A stretch of DNA of 64,000 nt, taken from NCBI GenBank assembly GCA_965247075.1, contig CBDFGK010000001.1:1322-65321 (forward strand), in the 5' to 3' direction. The notes under the pieces are model-generated. The model was not told where the DNA came from. It worked only from the letters and a program-made list of their open reading frames with translations, and made no database searches. This stretch comes from Halieaceae bacterium (GTDB taxonomy: Bacteria; Pseudomonadota; Gammaproteobacteria; Pseudomonadales; Halieaceae). Positions 1 through 9,725 of the stretch are shown one piece after another. The translations under genes and the position numbers were made by a program. How positions within the stretch are numbered: the first letter of the stretch is position 1; each line of letters starts with the position of its first letter.

Positions 1-1
1 C

Positions 2-1540
2 AAGCCGGTCTGGGAGTGGCAAGCTGCTGCTATCGACGAGTCACTGCTGGCGCAGGTTGAAGAGAGTATCAAGACCGGTCTGGGTGAAGCCTATCGCATT
101 ACCGATAAGGCCGAGCGTTACACCCGCGTGGGTGAGCTGAAGAGCCAGGTTGTCGAGCAGTTGTGTACAGATGCCGACGATGCGCCTGGCGCAGAGGATG
201 TTAAAGATGTATTCAAGCATGTTGAAAAGACGCTGGTACGCAAACGTATCCTCAACGGTGAGCCACGTATTGATGGCCGCGATACCCGTACAGTTCGCGC
301 TATTGCCTGCGAAATTGATGTGCTGCCCAAGGCGCACGGCAGCGCCCTGTTCACCCGTGGTGAAACACAGGCGATTGGTGCGGTAACCCTGGGTTCTACC
401 CGCGATGCGCAGATCATCGATGCACTGCACGGTGAGCGTCGCGACCCGTTTATGTTGCATTACAACTTCCCTCCCTACTCGGTGGGTGAAGCCGGTCGTA
501 TCGGTTTTACCAGCCGTCGCGAAGTGGGTCACGGTCGTTTGGCCAGGCGCAGTCTGACGGCGGTGCTGCCTGATTCGCAAGCATGGCCTTATACCACCCG
601 CCTTGTGTCTGAAATTACCGAATCCAATGGCTCCAGCTCTATGGCGTCGGTGTGTGTCGGTAGCATGGCCATGATGGCCGCCGGGGTGCCGTTGTCGGCG
701 CCAGTAGCGGGTATCGCCATGGGCCTGGTCAAGGAAGGCAACCAGTTTGCTGTATTGACCGATATTCTGGGTGATGAAGATCACCTGGGTGACATGGACT
801 TCAAGGTAGCCGGCACCTCTGAAGGCATTACCGCACTGCAAATGGATATCAAGATTGAAGGTATCAATGAGCAGATCATGGAGATTGCCCTGGAGCAGGC
901 CCTGGCCGCTCGCTTGCATATCCTGGGTCAAATGAACCAGGTTATTGCTGAAGCACGGACAGAGGTTAACGCCAATGCGCCCAGCATGATTGCCCTGAAA
1001 GTTGATTCTGACAAGATTCGCGACATCATCGGTAAAGGCGGTGCAACTATCCGTTCAATTACTGAAGAGACTGGCGCTACGGTCGATATTGACGATGATG
1101 GCACGGTGCGTATTTTCGGGCAGAACCAGGCGTCCCGCGATGCCGCTGTGGCGCGCGTTGAAGAAATCACCGCTGAGGCTGAAGTGGGAGCAATTTACAC
1201 AGGTGTAGTTGCCCGCATCGTCGACTTTGGTGCTTTCGTTACTATCCTGCCGGGCAAGGATGGCTTGGTACACATTTCCCAGATCGCGCAAGAGCGGGTT
1301 GAGAATGTGACCGATTACATCAAGGAAGGTGAAGAGGTGCAGGTTAAGGTTCTCGACGTTGACCAGCGCGGCCGTATCAAGCTGAGCATGAAAGAAGCGG
1401 CAGGCGATCCTGCGGCAGGCGATCCTGCGGCAGCCGATCCTGCGGCAGAAGCTCCTGCTCCTGCCGAGGAAGAATCTGCCGCACCGGCAGAAGCAGTTGT
1501 CGCTCCGACGGAAGAAGAACCACAGCAAGCCGCCGAATAA
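2..1540 (+). CDS. pnp: Polynucleotide phosphorylase (PNPase), 3' portion; the 5' end lies off-window
   Basis: The frame is open from the window edge, so the GTG at 128 used by the ORF track is internal. KH motif [10 protein letters not shown] and S1 motif [33 protein letters not shown] are present. A strong terminator follows. Confidence 0.95.
   Translation, partial: KPVWEWQAAAIDESLLAQVEESIKTGLGEAYRITDKAERYTRVGELKSQVVEQLCTDADDAPGAEDVKDVFKHVEKTLVRKRILNGEPRIDGRDTRTVRAIACEIDVLPKAHGSALFTRGETQAIGAVTLGSTRDAQIIDALHGERRDPFMLHYNFPPYSVGEAGRIGFTSRREVGHGRLARRSLTAVLPDSQAWPYTTRLVSEITESNGSSSMASVCVGSMAMMAAGVPLSAPVAGIAMGLVKEGNQFAVLTDILGDEDHLGDMDFKVAGTSEGITALQMDIKIEGINEQIMEIALEQALAARLHILGQMNQVIAEARTEVNANAPSMIALKVDSDKIRDIIGKGGATIRSITEETGATVDIDDDGTVRIFGQNQASRDAAVARVEEITAEAEVGAIYTGVVARIVDFGAFVTILPGKDGLVHISQIAQERVENVTDYIKEGEEVQVKVLDVDQRGRIKLSMKEAAGDPAAGDPAAADPAAEAPAPAEEESAAPAEAVVAPTEEEPQQAAE
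1400..1459 (+). repeat. 15-nt tandem repeat (about 4 units) encoding (AAGDP)n in the acidic C-terminal tail of PNPase
   Basis: gcaggcgatcctgcg occurs twice, followed by gcagccgatcctgcg and the degenerate gcagaagctcctgct. Confidence 0.8.
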
Positions 1541-1563
1541 GGTAGCAAAGTAAAAGGGAGTTG

Positions 1564-1590
1564 AAAAAGGGGCCTTATGGCCCCTTTTTT
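1564..1590. terminator. Bidirectional Rho-independent terminator between pnp (+) and the cupin gene (-)
   Basis: AAAAA-GGGGCC-TTAT-GGCCCC-TTTTTT. The perfect 6-bp GC stem is flanked by an A-run and a T-run, so it can work on both strands. Confidence 0.85.
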
Positions 1591-1625
1591 GTACCTGCCG
1601 GATACGGGGTGTTAATTTGCACCGC

Positions 1626-2081
1626 CTATTCCACCAGTACCTTGGGGCGTGGCAGGCCCTGCTCCTCACACATGGCGAAATAGACATCCAGCGTCATCTG
1701 TCCATCGATTACCATGTCGATGCCGTCGTCTTCATTGAGGCTGATGTTAGCGCCGTACATCTGGAACCACACGCGGGTATTGTCCTCAATACACTGTAGG
1801 GTGTGTTCCGATCCTGCCGGTTCATAGAGGAAGGAGCCGGCGCGATTGATGTAGTCGTATTCCTTGTATTTCCACGCGCCGGATGTGGTGTAACCAAACA
1901 CCGGTCCGGTGTGGCGGTGCTTTTGCACTTCATAGCCTGCCTGGAATACATTTTCGATAATCCATAGTCCCTCGCCGATTTTTACCTGCAATACCTTTAG
2001 CAGGCTGCCGTCACCGATATCTATAAACGGCAGATCATCCGCCGCAAAGTGAATCGCTGCTGTGGTTGGCATGGTAGTCAT
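1626..2081 (-). CDS. Cupin-fold protein (2,4'-dihydroxyacetophenone dioxygenase-like family)
   Basis: 151-aa ORF with a single cupin barrel. Metal-site-like motifs are HRHTGPVFGYT and EPAGSEHTL. Confidence 0.7.
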   Translation of the reverse strand: MTTMPTTAAIHFAADDLPFIDIGDGSLLKVLQVKIGEGLWIIENVFQAGYEVQKHRHTGPVFGYTTSGAWKYKEYDYINRAGSFLYEPAGSEHTLQCIEDNTRVWFQMYGANISLNEDDGIDMVIDGQMTLDVYFAMCEEQGLPRPKVLVE

Positions 2082-2099
2082 GTGCTGTGCTCCCTGTCG

Positions 2100-2522
2100 C
2101 TATGCGCGCAAAATGTTCAATTGTTGTTCCAGCGTTTCATTTGAGAAGGAGCCAGTCAGTGCGGCTCTGTCAATAAAACTACCAAATCGTTCCTTTAACT
2201 GGGTGGCGACCTTCACTGGTATACGCAGGTGTAAACTCAGGGGTCATCAGGCGGTGCCGGTAGCAATCGCCTGCATGGCCTCGATGTGTTCGCGCATTTG
2301 CTTGGCGGGGCCGTGCCAGGGCATGGAAAAGCGCTTGGTATGCAGCGCCGCCATGGCTAAGGGCAAAAAGGGATCGTGGCACATCTCGGCCACTGGCAGG
2401 CCGTCGTAGCCGATCTCCTCGAGTTCCCGGGCGCGCCTGACCAGTGTGTCGTTGTCGTGAAATTCCTTGTCGAAGCCGAAGCCGAAGCCGAAGCCGCCGT
2501 CGATCTTAATGGTTTTGCTCAT
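2100..2522 (-). pseudogene. Relic of a luciferase-like (LLM/F420-type) oxidoreductase, heavily internally deleted
   Basis: An N-terminal piece (TIKIDGGFG...ELEEIGYDGLPVAEMCHDPFLPLAMAAL) joins directly to a mid piece (PAKQMREHIEAMQAI). After an in-frame TGATGA (2244-2249) comes a C-terminal-like piece (VATQLKERFGSFIDRAAL). About 140 codons remain of a family that is normally 300 aa or more. Confidence 0.5.
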
Positions 2523-2604
2523 TGGTACTTGTCCTTAAACCCTGGATTTGGCCAGTAAGGCTACAATAGACGTGAAACAACTAAAATTATCCATTTGAAC
2601 CGGG

Positions 2605-3603
2605 TTGCGCATGACACAGCACAGAGCCAATTGGAAACACCATTACGCCATAATCAACGACATCCACATGCATTATGTGGAGCAGGGACCTGAGCAGGGC
2701 AGGCCGGTAATATTCTGTCACGGTTTTCCCATGCTCTGGTTTAGCTGGCATCGACAAATCCCGGTGCTGGCCGATGCGGGTTACCGCGTTATCGCTCCCT
2801 CCATGCGCGGCATGGGCCAGACTGAAGCACCGGAAGCTCCAGAAGCCTACGGTGTAGACGAGATTACCGCCGACCTGCTGGGTTTGCTGGACCACTGCCA
2901 GATAGAACAGGCCATTTTTGTGGGTATCGATTTTGGCGCTTTTGCAATTCAGGATTTTGCGCTGCGGCATCCGGATCGGGTACAGGCGATTATCTGCCTG
3001 GAAAATCCAGCCGCGCCGCACAACCCTGACAAGTCACCGCTCACCGAATATCGGGAAATGGGCGAGCAGCATTTCCTGCATATCGACTATTTTCGTGAGC
3101 CACCGCGGGCCGATGTGGAACTGGCCACCGCACCGCGCGAGTTTCTGCGCAAGGTCATGTGGACCTTGAGCGGAGCGGCCAATTACTTCGATGTATTCAA
3201 ACACCCGCCCGGCACCGGCTACATAGATGCCATGGCAGAGCCACCGCCTTTGCCCTGGTCATGGCTCAGTGAACTGGAGCTGGAGTTCTTTGTGTCGGAA
3301 TACAGCCAGTCCGGGTTTACCGGCGGCCTCAACTGGTACCGCTCCATGGATATCAAGTGGGAGCAGCGCAAGCCTTTCGAAGGCGTACAGAGTGATGTTC
3401 AGGCCTGGTTTATCGGCAGTGAGCAGGATGTAGATCTGGAGGGGTTTCACGGTGACGACCCGATCGCCCTTATGCGCGCCATCTTCCCCAACCTGGTCGA
3501 AGCGCAAATGATTCCCGCGGTTGGCCATATGATTGCTCTGGAAGCGCCGGACGAACTCAATGTCATCCTGTTAGACTATCTGGCTAGAATAACTGCAGAG
3601 TAA
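2605..3603 (+). CDS. Alpha/beta hydrolase, epoxide hydrolase-like
   Basis: HGFP oxyanion motif, Asp nucleophile in VGIDFGA, lid Tyr in NWYR and a C-terminal GHM His are present. The likely true start is ATG 2611, not the track's TTG 2605. Confidence 0.8.
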   Translation: MRMTQHRANWKHHYAIINDIHMHYVEQGPEQGRPVIFCHGFPMLWFSWHRQIPVLADAGYRVIAPSMRGMGQTEAPEAPEAYGVDEITADLLGLLDHCQIEQAIFVGIDFGAFAIQDFALRHPDRVQAIICLENPAAPHNPDKSPLTEYREMGEQHFLHIDYFREPPRADVELATAPREFLRKVMWTLSGAANYFDVFKHPPGTGYIDAMAEPPPLPWSWLSELELEFFVSEYSQSGFTGGLNWYRSMDIKWEQRKPFEGVQSDVQAWFIGSEQDVDLEGFHGDDPIALMRAIFPNLVEAQMIPAVGHMIALEAPDELNVILLDYLARITAE

Positions 3604-3613
3604 CTCCACCGGC

Positions 3614-4645
3614 ATGGAACCCGTTAATACACCGGCCGGCGATCACGACCAGCCCGATAAGATAGGCATTCTGGTCACCAATTTGGGAACGCCGGCCGCT
3701 CCCACGGCATCGGCAGTGCGTCCCTACCTGCGCGAATTTCTTTCCGACCGCCGCGTGGTTGATATGCCGAGACTGCTGTGGCTGCCAATCCTTGAGCTCA
3801 TTATTCTCAGGCTTCGGCCCCGCCAGTCAGCCAAGGCGTATGCCCAGATATGGAGTAGTGAAGGCTCGCCCCTGCTGGTTCATATTCGCAATCAGGCCAA
3901 CGCGTTGGCCGAGGTGCTGCGAGCGCGGCTGGGCGAACGTGCCATGGTCGAGTTTGCTTTTCGCTACGGTCAGCCTTCGATTGGCAGTGGCATAAAATCG
4001 CTGGTGGCGCGGGGCGCGCGCAAGTTATTGGTGCTGCCCATGTACCCACAGTATTCTGCTACCACTGTGGGCTCTACCTTCGATGCTGTGGCGGACTGTT
4101 TACAGGGGCTGCGCTGGGTGCCTGAGTTACGGATGATCACTCACTACCATGACCATCCGCGTTATATTTCTGCCCTGGCCGAATCCGTAGAGGTGCATTG
4201 GCAACAACACGGCCGCGCCAAAAAACTGTTGTTCTCCTACCACGGTATTCCCCAGCGTTTTTGTGATAGCGGTGATCCGTATTTTGACGAGTGCCTGAAG
4301 ACTTCAAGTCTGGTCGCCCAGCAGCTGGACCTGCATAAAGACGAGTTTGTAACGGCTTTTCAGTCCCGTGTTGGACGTGAGCTGTGGACCGGTCCCTATA
4401 CGGACGAGGTGTTGCTGGACTGGGCGGGGCAGGGCGTGCGTTCGGTGCAGGTGATTTGTCCGGGTTTTTCCGCCGACTGCCTGGAGACACTGGAGGAAAT
4501 TGCCATTCGGTACCGACAGTTGTTTATACGAGCCGGTGGCGAGCGCTTTGATTACATCCCCGCACTTAACAGTGATGCGGGCCAGGTAGAACTGATGACG
4601 GCGCTGGTGCGAGACCACCTGCAGGGGTGGATACGTAGCGGTTGA
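3614..4645 (+). CDS. hemH: Ferrochelatase
   Basis: 343 aa. Signature motifs are GILVTNLGTP, REFLSDRRVV, LPMYPQYSATTVGS and FSYHGIP. Confidence 0.95.
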   Translation: MEPVNTPAGDHDQPDKIGILVTNLGTPAAPTASAVRPYLREFLSDRRVVDMPRLLWLPILELIILRLRPRQSAKAYAQIWSSEGSPLLVHIRNQANALAEVLRARLGERAMVEFAFRYGQPSIGSGIKSLVARGARKLLVLPMYPQYSATTVGSTFDAVADCLQGLRWVPELRMITHYHDHPRYISALAESVEVHWQQHGRAKKLLFSYHGIPQRFCDSGDPYFDECLKTSSLVAQQLDLHKDEFVTAFQSRVGRELWTGPYTDEVLLDWAGQGVRSVQVICPGFSADCLETLEEIAIRYRQLFIRAGGERFDYIPALNSDAGQVELMTALVRDHLQGWIRSG

Positions 4646-4755
4646 ACCCGCCGGGCAAATTGCTATTAAACTGGCCGCAAGAGTTATGGATATTGGCCGA
4701 TTGCTTCGCTACATTGCAGACACATTCACGAATTGAACAAGCTTGAGAGGGCGTC

Positions 4756-5532
4756 ATGGCATATCAGGGCAAGGTGGCATTGGTCACTGGTGGTGGTAGT
4801 GGGATGGGGCGCCTGGCGGCGCAGCAGTTTGCAGCAACAGGTGCGCAGGTAGCCATTCTCGACGTCAATAAAGCCGGTATGCAGGAGACCGCCCAGGGTC
4901 GCCCCGGTATTCACCCCAACGTGGTGGATATTACTGACTACGCTGCGGTGAGCAGCGCCGTGACGGATTTTGAGAGCGAACACGGCCCGCTGGACCGGGT
5001 TTACAATTGCGCGGCAATTATGCCCTTTGGCAAACTCACTGAGGCTGATCCCGGCCTGATGAATAAGATAATGATGATTAACTACGGCGGCCTGGTGTGT
5101 ATTTCCCGGGCGACCGTGCCGGGTATGGTCGAACGGGGCCGTGGCGATTTTGTCAGCTTCGCCTCTGCAGCCGGCTTGATTCCGGGGCTGTTGATGGGCG
5201 GCTATAACGCCAGTAAAGCGGCGGTGGTCATGTATACAGAAGTGTTGTACCACGAAAACCTCAATAGCGGCGTGCGTTTTGCCTGTGTCTGTCCTCCAGC
5301 GGTGGCCACGCCACTACTCGATCAGGGCAAGGAAACGGCCTGGCCCAAGCTGATGCAAATGAATGAGGGCGATGAAATCACTCCGCCAGAAGTGTTGGCC
5401 GCTGTGGAGAGTGACCTGGAGAAGGGCAACTTTATGGTATTCGTAACAGGCCAGACCAAATTTGGCGCCTGGATGCGGCGGGTATTCCCCGGCCTGGTGT
5501 GGAAGAACATCCATAAAATTGAAGGTTGGTAG
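4756..5532 (+). CDS. Short-chain dehydrogenase/reductase (SDR)
   Basis: TGGGSGMG Rossmann motif and YNASK catalytic Tyr-x3-Lys. Confidence 0.85.
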   Translation: MAYQGKVALVTGGGSGMGRLAAQQFAATGAQVAILDVNKAGMQETAQGRPGIHPNVVDITDYAAVSSAVTDFESEHGPLDRVYNCAAIMPFGKLTEADPGLMNKIMMINYGGLVCISRATVPGMVERGRGDFVSFASAAGLIPGLLMGGYNASKAAVVMYTEVLYHENLNSGVRFACVCPPAVATPLLDQGKETAWPKLMQMNEGDEITPPEVLAAVESDLEKGNFMVFVTGQTKFGAWMRRVFPGLVWKNIHKIEGW

Positions 5533-5801
5533 CGCTAGCCCCAAGCATGGGGCCGGGCTATTGATCTTCAGGAATCCCCCAGCCGGTTCTGCCCGCCCGG
5601 TGCACAACCTGGCCAAAGAGTTCGCCGGTTTTGATACGCTCAATGCGCCCTTTGACAAGGCCATAAATTTTCGCGCCCTGGGTGGTCCGCGCCGGCGCGC
5701 CACAGATAGTTTCTCCTGAAGATTACCTTTGCTATCACCGACCTGAAAAAGGTACTGAGTTGGCGGATGCGGTATTTGATCTGGAAATGACGTAACGGGC
5801 G

Positions 5802-6089
5802 CTACTTCTCGCCCCACTTGAAGTAGAAAGTTTGGTCCTTTTCCCGCCCGGGAATAAATGTGCCAAACTGGTTCAGGCAGCGTGTCCAGGCGTTTTCCAC
5901 GGCGCTGGGTGCCACCATGAGCTGCCGGTTATTGAACATGGCATTGTCATTCATGCATTTGCTGTGTTCTTCGCTCTGGGCTGCCTGGTTGAAATGATTC
6001 ATAAACATCTGCGAGTCAGACGTTGAGGCGCAGCCTGCCGGCAGCAACAAGGCAGATAGAGCGAGCGCTTTTTTGGCGGTGGGTATCAT
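5802..6089 (-). CDS. Small lipoprotein, function unknown
   Basis: 95 aa with a signal peptide and lipobox LLPAG-C. Confidence 0.6.
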   Translation of the reverse strand: MIPTAKKALALSALLLPAGCASTSDSQMFMNHFNQAAQSEEHSKCMNDNAMFNNRQLMVAPSAVENAWTRCLNQFGTFIPGREKDQTFYFKWGEK

Positions 6090-6226
6090 AGTGATCTATT
6101 TATACCCCACACAGACGTATGAACCATAGGAATTTGGTCATCCAATTGCTGCGAATTAATACCAAGTATAGTTGTCCGGGTTCAGATAGCAGTGAGACTT
6201 TTTGATCGATAAAAATCGGGTAGCCT

Positions 6227-6508
6227 GTGAGTTGTTACATCCACACAGGAGACTACCCGATGCAGATCAAAAGCCACGTATTACCGCTGGCTAAAGCGCT
6301 ACCATCAACAGGGTTGGTCGGGGTTGGAAGCACGGAGTTGTCAACGCGTTATGAGCTTTATCCGTTTTGCGAAGGACCCTTAAGCATCGCGGCGGTGAAT
6401 CAGGAACTCGACGTGTACCGGGACTACTACAATGATTATCAACCTCACGATGATATAGCGCTGGAAACACCAATGAGCTATTATCGACAACTCATGCAGG
6501 CCGCCTGA
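6227..6508 (+). mobile_element. Relic of an rve/DDE integrase-type (IS3/IS481-like) transposase, C-terminal end only
   Basis: The tail AAVNQELDVYRDYYNDYQPHDDIALETPMSYY matches the conserved C-terminus of rve-domain transposases (..W...YN..RPH.ALG..TP). No catalytic core lies upstream. Confidence 0.5.
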
Positions 6509-6601
6509 TTTGTCTCACATGTACTGAACCTGGACCCTGCAGGTATGATCAGAATAGACCCGCTGGAATTGGATTGACCGGACCCGCTTCCAGAATTTTA
6601 G

Positions 6602-6891
6602 GTGCGCTTAACGGTATTCAGCACAAGACTCAAAGAAGAACTGTCTGGTCTTGCGATACCTCCTTTTCCGGACCGAGGGGTCAGGAAATATTTGAGTCAA
6701 TCTCCGCACAAGCCTGGCAGGAATGGTAAAGGTTGCAGACCACATTGATCAACGGGAAACACCTGAACATGATGGACAGGAAAGCGCGTAAATACCTTGA
6801 TGAACAGCGCGATAAATTTCTGAACGATGAGAAAGTAGCTCAGGCAGAGGGGTATACTCCGCCGCCACCACAAGGAGATAAGGACTCATGA
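6602..6891 (+). pseudogene. yggX: Fe(2+)-trafficking protein YggX, disrupted
   Basis: Translation from GTG 6602 gives VRLTVFSTRLKEELSGLAIPPFP. A +1/-1 shift near 6665-6680 leads into GPRGQEIFESISAQAWQEW. An in-frame TAA (6727-6729) follows, then RLQTTLINGKHLNMMDRKARKYLDEQRDKFLNDEKVAQAEGYTPP. This is collinear with YggX proteins. Its stop overlaps the ATG of the next gene. Confidence 0.75.
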
Positions 6892-9725
6892 TTGGTCTTG
6901 ACGGCAAGATATGTACCCAGGTCTCTCTCAGACACCTGGTGCTGTGCGCCTTGACGACACTCCTGTTAGTTGCTTGCTCCAGTGGTGGCGGTAGCAGGAG
7001 CGAACCACCAGCCCCGGCACCGCCGCCACCGCCAACCACGCAAACATGTGCTGATGGCAGCGTGATACCTGTTGGTGCCACCTGCCCGTCACCACCACCT
7101 ACGCAAACTTGTCCTGACGGTAGCGTGATACTCGTGGGCGCCACCTGCCCGCCGCCATCATCAATGTCGGGTGGCATACTCAACAGCCTGATTCCGAATG
7201 AAGGCATCGGCACAAAAGACGCCTACTTCACGGCAGGTTGCGTGCCTGGGAGTACTCCCGGTGGGTGTTATACAGACGCAGACGGCGATGCGGCGAATAT
7301 CGTGGGTGCCGTCGATGGGGTGATTTATCCCGACGGTATCAATTTGTTACACCTACGCCTGGAAGGCACGGGCAGCCGTCAAAATGAACCGATACCTTTG
7401 CGTCTGGGTCTTGTGCCCCGGGATCTGCGTGTGGCGTGGCGTGACGGTTGGACCGGCAGCGACATGAACATATTGATCTATGATGATTTCGGCTCGCCTG
7501 AGGTAGGTGTCGCCTTGGCACTCAGCATCGCGCCTGCCGCTAACTTGTATAACTTTGAATTATTACCGGATGGTGATAACAGCCAGTTGCGCCGCATGAG
7601 CGACAACACTGGTGGTGACCAATATCAAGACACCAGGATTGATGTCATCTATACAAATACAACGTCTATTATCACTTGGCCTCACTCGGATCCGACGCTT
7701 CTGCTTAGCCAGCGTACGTTTATGCCCTTGGTGCCCGGTGAATTGGAAGCTCTCCAGCGGGACGCCCTGGGTATGAAGGCAATACAAGACCTGACCGGGC
7801 GGAGTAATACTTATTCAAATATTGGAGACGCGGTCTATGTCCAATCGGCAGGCGATAATGATCGCCCAATCTCTCACCCGGGCGAGTTCGCCGGGTTGAT
7901 GCTGACGGGTCTGGAAGACTCTATAACCAGCCGGCTCCTGGTTGTCGGTGCCTTGGATAAATACGCCCAGGATGGCAATGCACGGCTTGGCAACCCCAGC
8001 AACTACCCTGGCGATGGTGCGGTATATCAAGCGAATTTTTTAGTGGAATACCGCGGCTCGCCGTTTGGTGGCAATGGGTCTGTGGTGTTATGCGATGCCG
8101 GGTCAACCGTGAATTGCAACAACAGGATTGATCGGGGTGTCGGGCACGACACTTCATCCTCCGCGCCGCGGGTCGCCGGTTATGCGGCTTTACTCAGACA
8201 CAAGTTCCCGGATCTCAGCGGCGCGGAAACTGTAAAAATTCTTCTGGATACAGCAACTTATGAAGGACTCGATTGTTATCCGAATTGCGATGCCGCGCGA
8301 TACGGACAAGGGCGGGTGGACATACTTGATGCCCTGTCGCCGATTGGAAAATTAAGTAACAGGAGCGAACCCCTACCGCCGCCACTACCGCCGTCACCGC
8401 TGCCACCGTCGTCACCACTGCCACCACTACCGCCGTTATCACCGCCGCCACCGTCGTCGCCATCGGACCCAGCAGCAGTGTCGGGCAGCATACCCAACAA
8501 TCTGATTCCGAATGCAGGCATCGGCACAAAAGACGCCTACTTCATGGCCGGTTGCATGCCTGGGGTGACTCCCGGCGGGTGTTATACAGACGCGGACGAC
8601 AATGTGGTGAATATCCTGGATGCCGATTGGTTGATTTATCCCGACGGTATCAATGTGTTACACCAACGCCTGGAAGGTCCCTACATCCATCGTCAAGATG
8701 TGCCGGTGCCTTTGTATATGAATGTTGCGCCGCAGGATCTGCGCAGGGCCTGGCGTGACGGTTGGACCGGCAGTGGCGTGAACATATTGATCAACGATGT
8801 TTTCGGCGCGCCTGATATGGATATTACCGAAAGGGGGGATACTCACGGTTTTGTGGTCACCGCCTCGGCGATCAGCATCGCACCCGCTGCCGGCTATTAT
8901 GGCCTGGAAAGTACCTTCGTAAGTTCTGACTACAATTATGTTCCGCGCCGTATGAGCGACAACACTGGCGGCAACGGCGAATATACAGACACCAGGTTTG
9001 ATGTCGTCAGTGTGAGTACTGCCCCTGTTATAGGTCTGATTGACCCGAATAATCCGATGAATGTGCTTAGCGGGAGAACACACCTGCCGTATACACCCGA
9101 GGAGTTGGCAGCAAGTCGGCGGAGCGCACTAAACAGGGATAGAGAACGAGACCTGACTGGGCGCAGTGATACCTATCCAAACATCGGAGACGCGGTCTTT
9201 GTTCGATCGGCAGGCAATAATGCGCGCGCAATCTCTCACCCCGGTGAGTTCACCGGGCTGATGCTAACGGATCTGGACACCTCTATAACCAGCCGGCTCT
9301 TGATTGTTGGCGCGGTGGAAAAGGACGCCTATAACAGCGATGCACAGCTTACCGGGTTCAGCAACTACCCCGGCGACGATGGTGCTGTATTTCAAGAGAA
9401 TTTTTTGGTGGAATACGGTGGCTCGCCGTTCGGTGGTGGTGGGTCTGTGAGGCTATGCGCTGTCATGTTAACCGAGGCTTGCAACAATGACCTTACTCAG
9501 AACGTCTCGACAGGCACTTCATTCGCCGCGCCGCGAGTTGCTGGATTCGCCGCGTTGGTGCGCGGTAAATTCTCAGATCTCAGCGGTGCGCAAACTGCGA
9601 AAATCTTACTTGATACTGCGACCTACGAGGGGCTGGTGTGTTATCCGGATTGTAATGCCGCGCGATACGGACAAGGACGGGTGGACATACTTGATGCCCT
9701 GTCGCCGATTGGTAAATTAAAATGA
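6888..9725 (+). CDS. Lipoprotein with two tandem subtilisin-like (S8) peptidase-homology modules; the first is degenerate and the second has the full triad
   Basis: Lipobox LLLVA-C is present. Module 2 has D (NILINDVFG), H (DTHGFVV), N (SAGNN) and S (GTSFAAPRVAG). Module 1 lacks the His segment, and has SAGDN and DTSSSAPRVAG. Pro-rich linkers separate the modules. Confidence 0.8.
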   Translation: MIGLDGKICTQVSLRHLVLCALTTLLLVACSSGGGSRSEPPAPAPPPPPTTQTCADGSVIPVGATCPSPPPTQTCPDGSVILVGATCPPPSSMSGGILNSLIPNEGIGTKDAYFTAGCVPGSTPGGCYTDADGDAANIVGAVDGVIYPDGINLLHLRLEGTGSRQNEPIPLRLGLVPRDLRVAWRDGWTGSDMNILIYDDFGSPEVGVALALSIAPAANLYNFELLPDGDNSQLRRMSDNTGGDQYQDTRIDVIYTNTTSIITWPHSDPTLLLSQRTFMPLVPGELEALQRDALGMKAIQDLTGRSNTYSNIGDAVYVQSAGDNDRPISHPGEFAGLMLTGLEDSITSRLLVVGALDKYAQDGNARLGNPSNYPGDGAVYQANFLVEYRGSPFGGNGSVVLCDAGSTVNCNNRIDRGVGHDTSSSAPRVAGYAALLRHKFPDLSGAETVKILLDTATYEGLDCYPNCDAARYGQGRVDILDALSPIGKLSNRSEPLPPPLPPSPLPPSSPLPPLPPLSPPPPSSPSDPAAVSGSIPNNLIPNAGIGTKDAYFMAGCMPGVTPGGCYTDADDNVVNILDADWLIYPDGINVLHQRLEGPYIHRQDVPVPLYMNVAPQDLRRAWRDGWTGSGVNILINDVFGAPDMDITERGDTHGFVVTASAISIAPAAGYYGLESTFVSSDYNYVPRRMSDNTGGNGEYTDTRFDVVSVSTAPVIGLIDPNNPMNVLSGRTHLPYTPEELAASRRSALNRDRERDLTGRSDTYPNIGDAVFVRSAGNNARAISHPGEFTGLMLTDLDTSITSRLLIVGAVEKDAYNSDAQLTGFSNYPGDDGAVFQENFLVEYGGSPFGGGGSVRLCAVMLTEACNNDLTQNVSTGTSFAAPRVAGFAALVRGKFSDLSGAQTAKILLDTATYEGLVCYPDCNAARYGQGRVDILDALSPIGKLK
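7038..7163 (+). repeat. 63-nt tandem duplication encoding TQTC(A/P)DGSVI(P/L)VGATCP(S/P)PP
   Basis: acgcaaacatgtgctgatggcagcgtgatacc... at 7038 is repeated as acgcaaacttgtcctgacggtagcgtgatact... at 7101. Confidence 0.85.
7188..9722 (+). repeat. Intragenic tandem duplication of about 1.2-1.3 kb (offset 1314 nt)
   Basis: ctgattccgaatgaaggcatcggcacaaaagacgcctacttc at 7188 matches ctgattccgaatgcaggcatcggcacaaaagacgcctacttc at 8502. Both copies end ...cgatacggacaagg(g/a)cgggtggacatacttgatgccctgtcgccgattgg. Confidence 0.9.

Noticed and set aside
41-931. 296-aa ORF on the minus strand, plus several other ORFs over 60 aa between 41 and 1687
   Set aside because: All are antisense or out-of-frame shadows inside pnp. 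The plus-strand frame has unmistakable PNPase KH/S1 motifs, and the shadows have Arg/Gly/His-rich nonsense composition typical of high-GC antisense frames.
1381-1540. Acidic Ala/Pro/Glu-rich C-terminal tail of PNPase as a novelty
   Set aside because: PNPases of other proteobacteria, including E. coli, also end in a short acidic Ala/Pro/Glu-rich tail after the S1 domain. Only the 15-nt tandem repeat structure is noteworthy, and it is listed as a repeat feature.
5314-5817. 167-aa minus-strand ORF spanning the 3' end of the SDR gene and the following gap
   Set aside because: It overlaps a supported CDS and has no motif I recognise and no SD. The 5533-5801 gap remains unassigned rather than coding.
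6217-6260. Imperfect palindrome CGGGTAGCCTGTG...CACAGGAGACTACCCG as an IS terminal repeat or operator
   Set aside because: It occurs once, and I found no matching partner elsewhere in the window. It may simply be a hairpin within the transposase relic's leader.
6749-8529. Gly-rich minus-strand ORFs (6749-7213, 8215-8529, 8276-8527)
   Set aside because: They are reverse complements of the Pro-rich linkers (CCG/CCA runs) of the S8 lipoprotein gene, so they are compositional artefacts.
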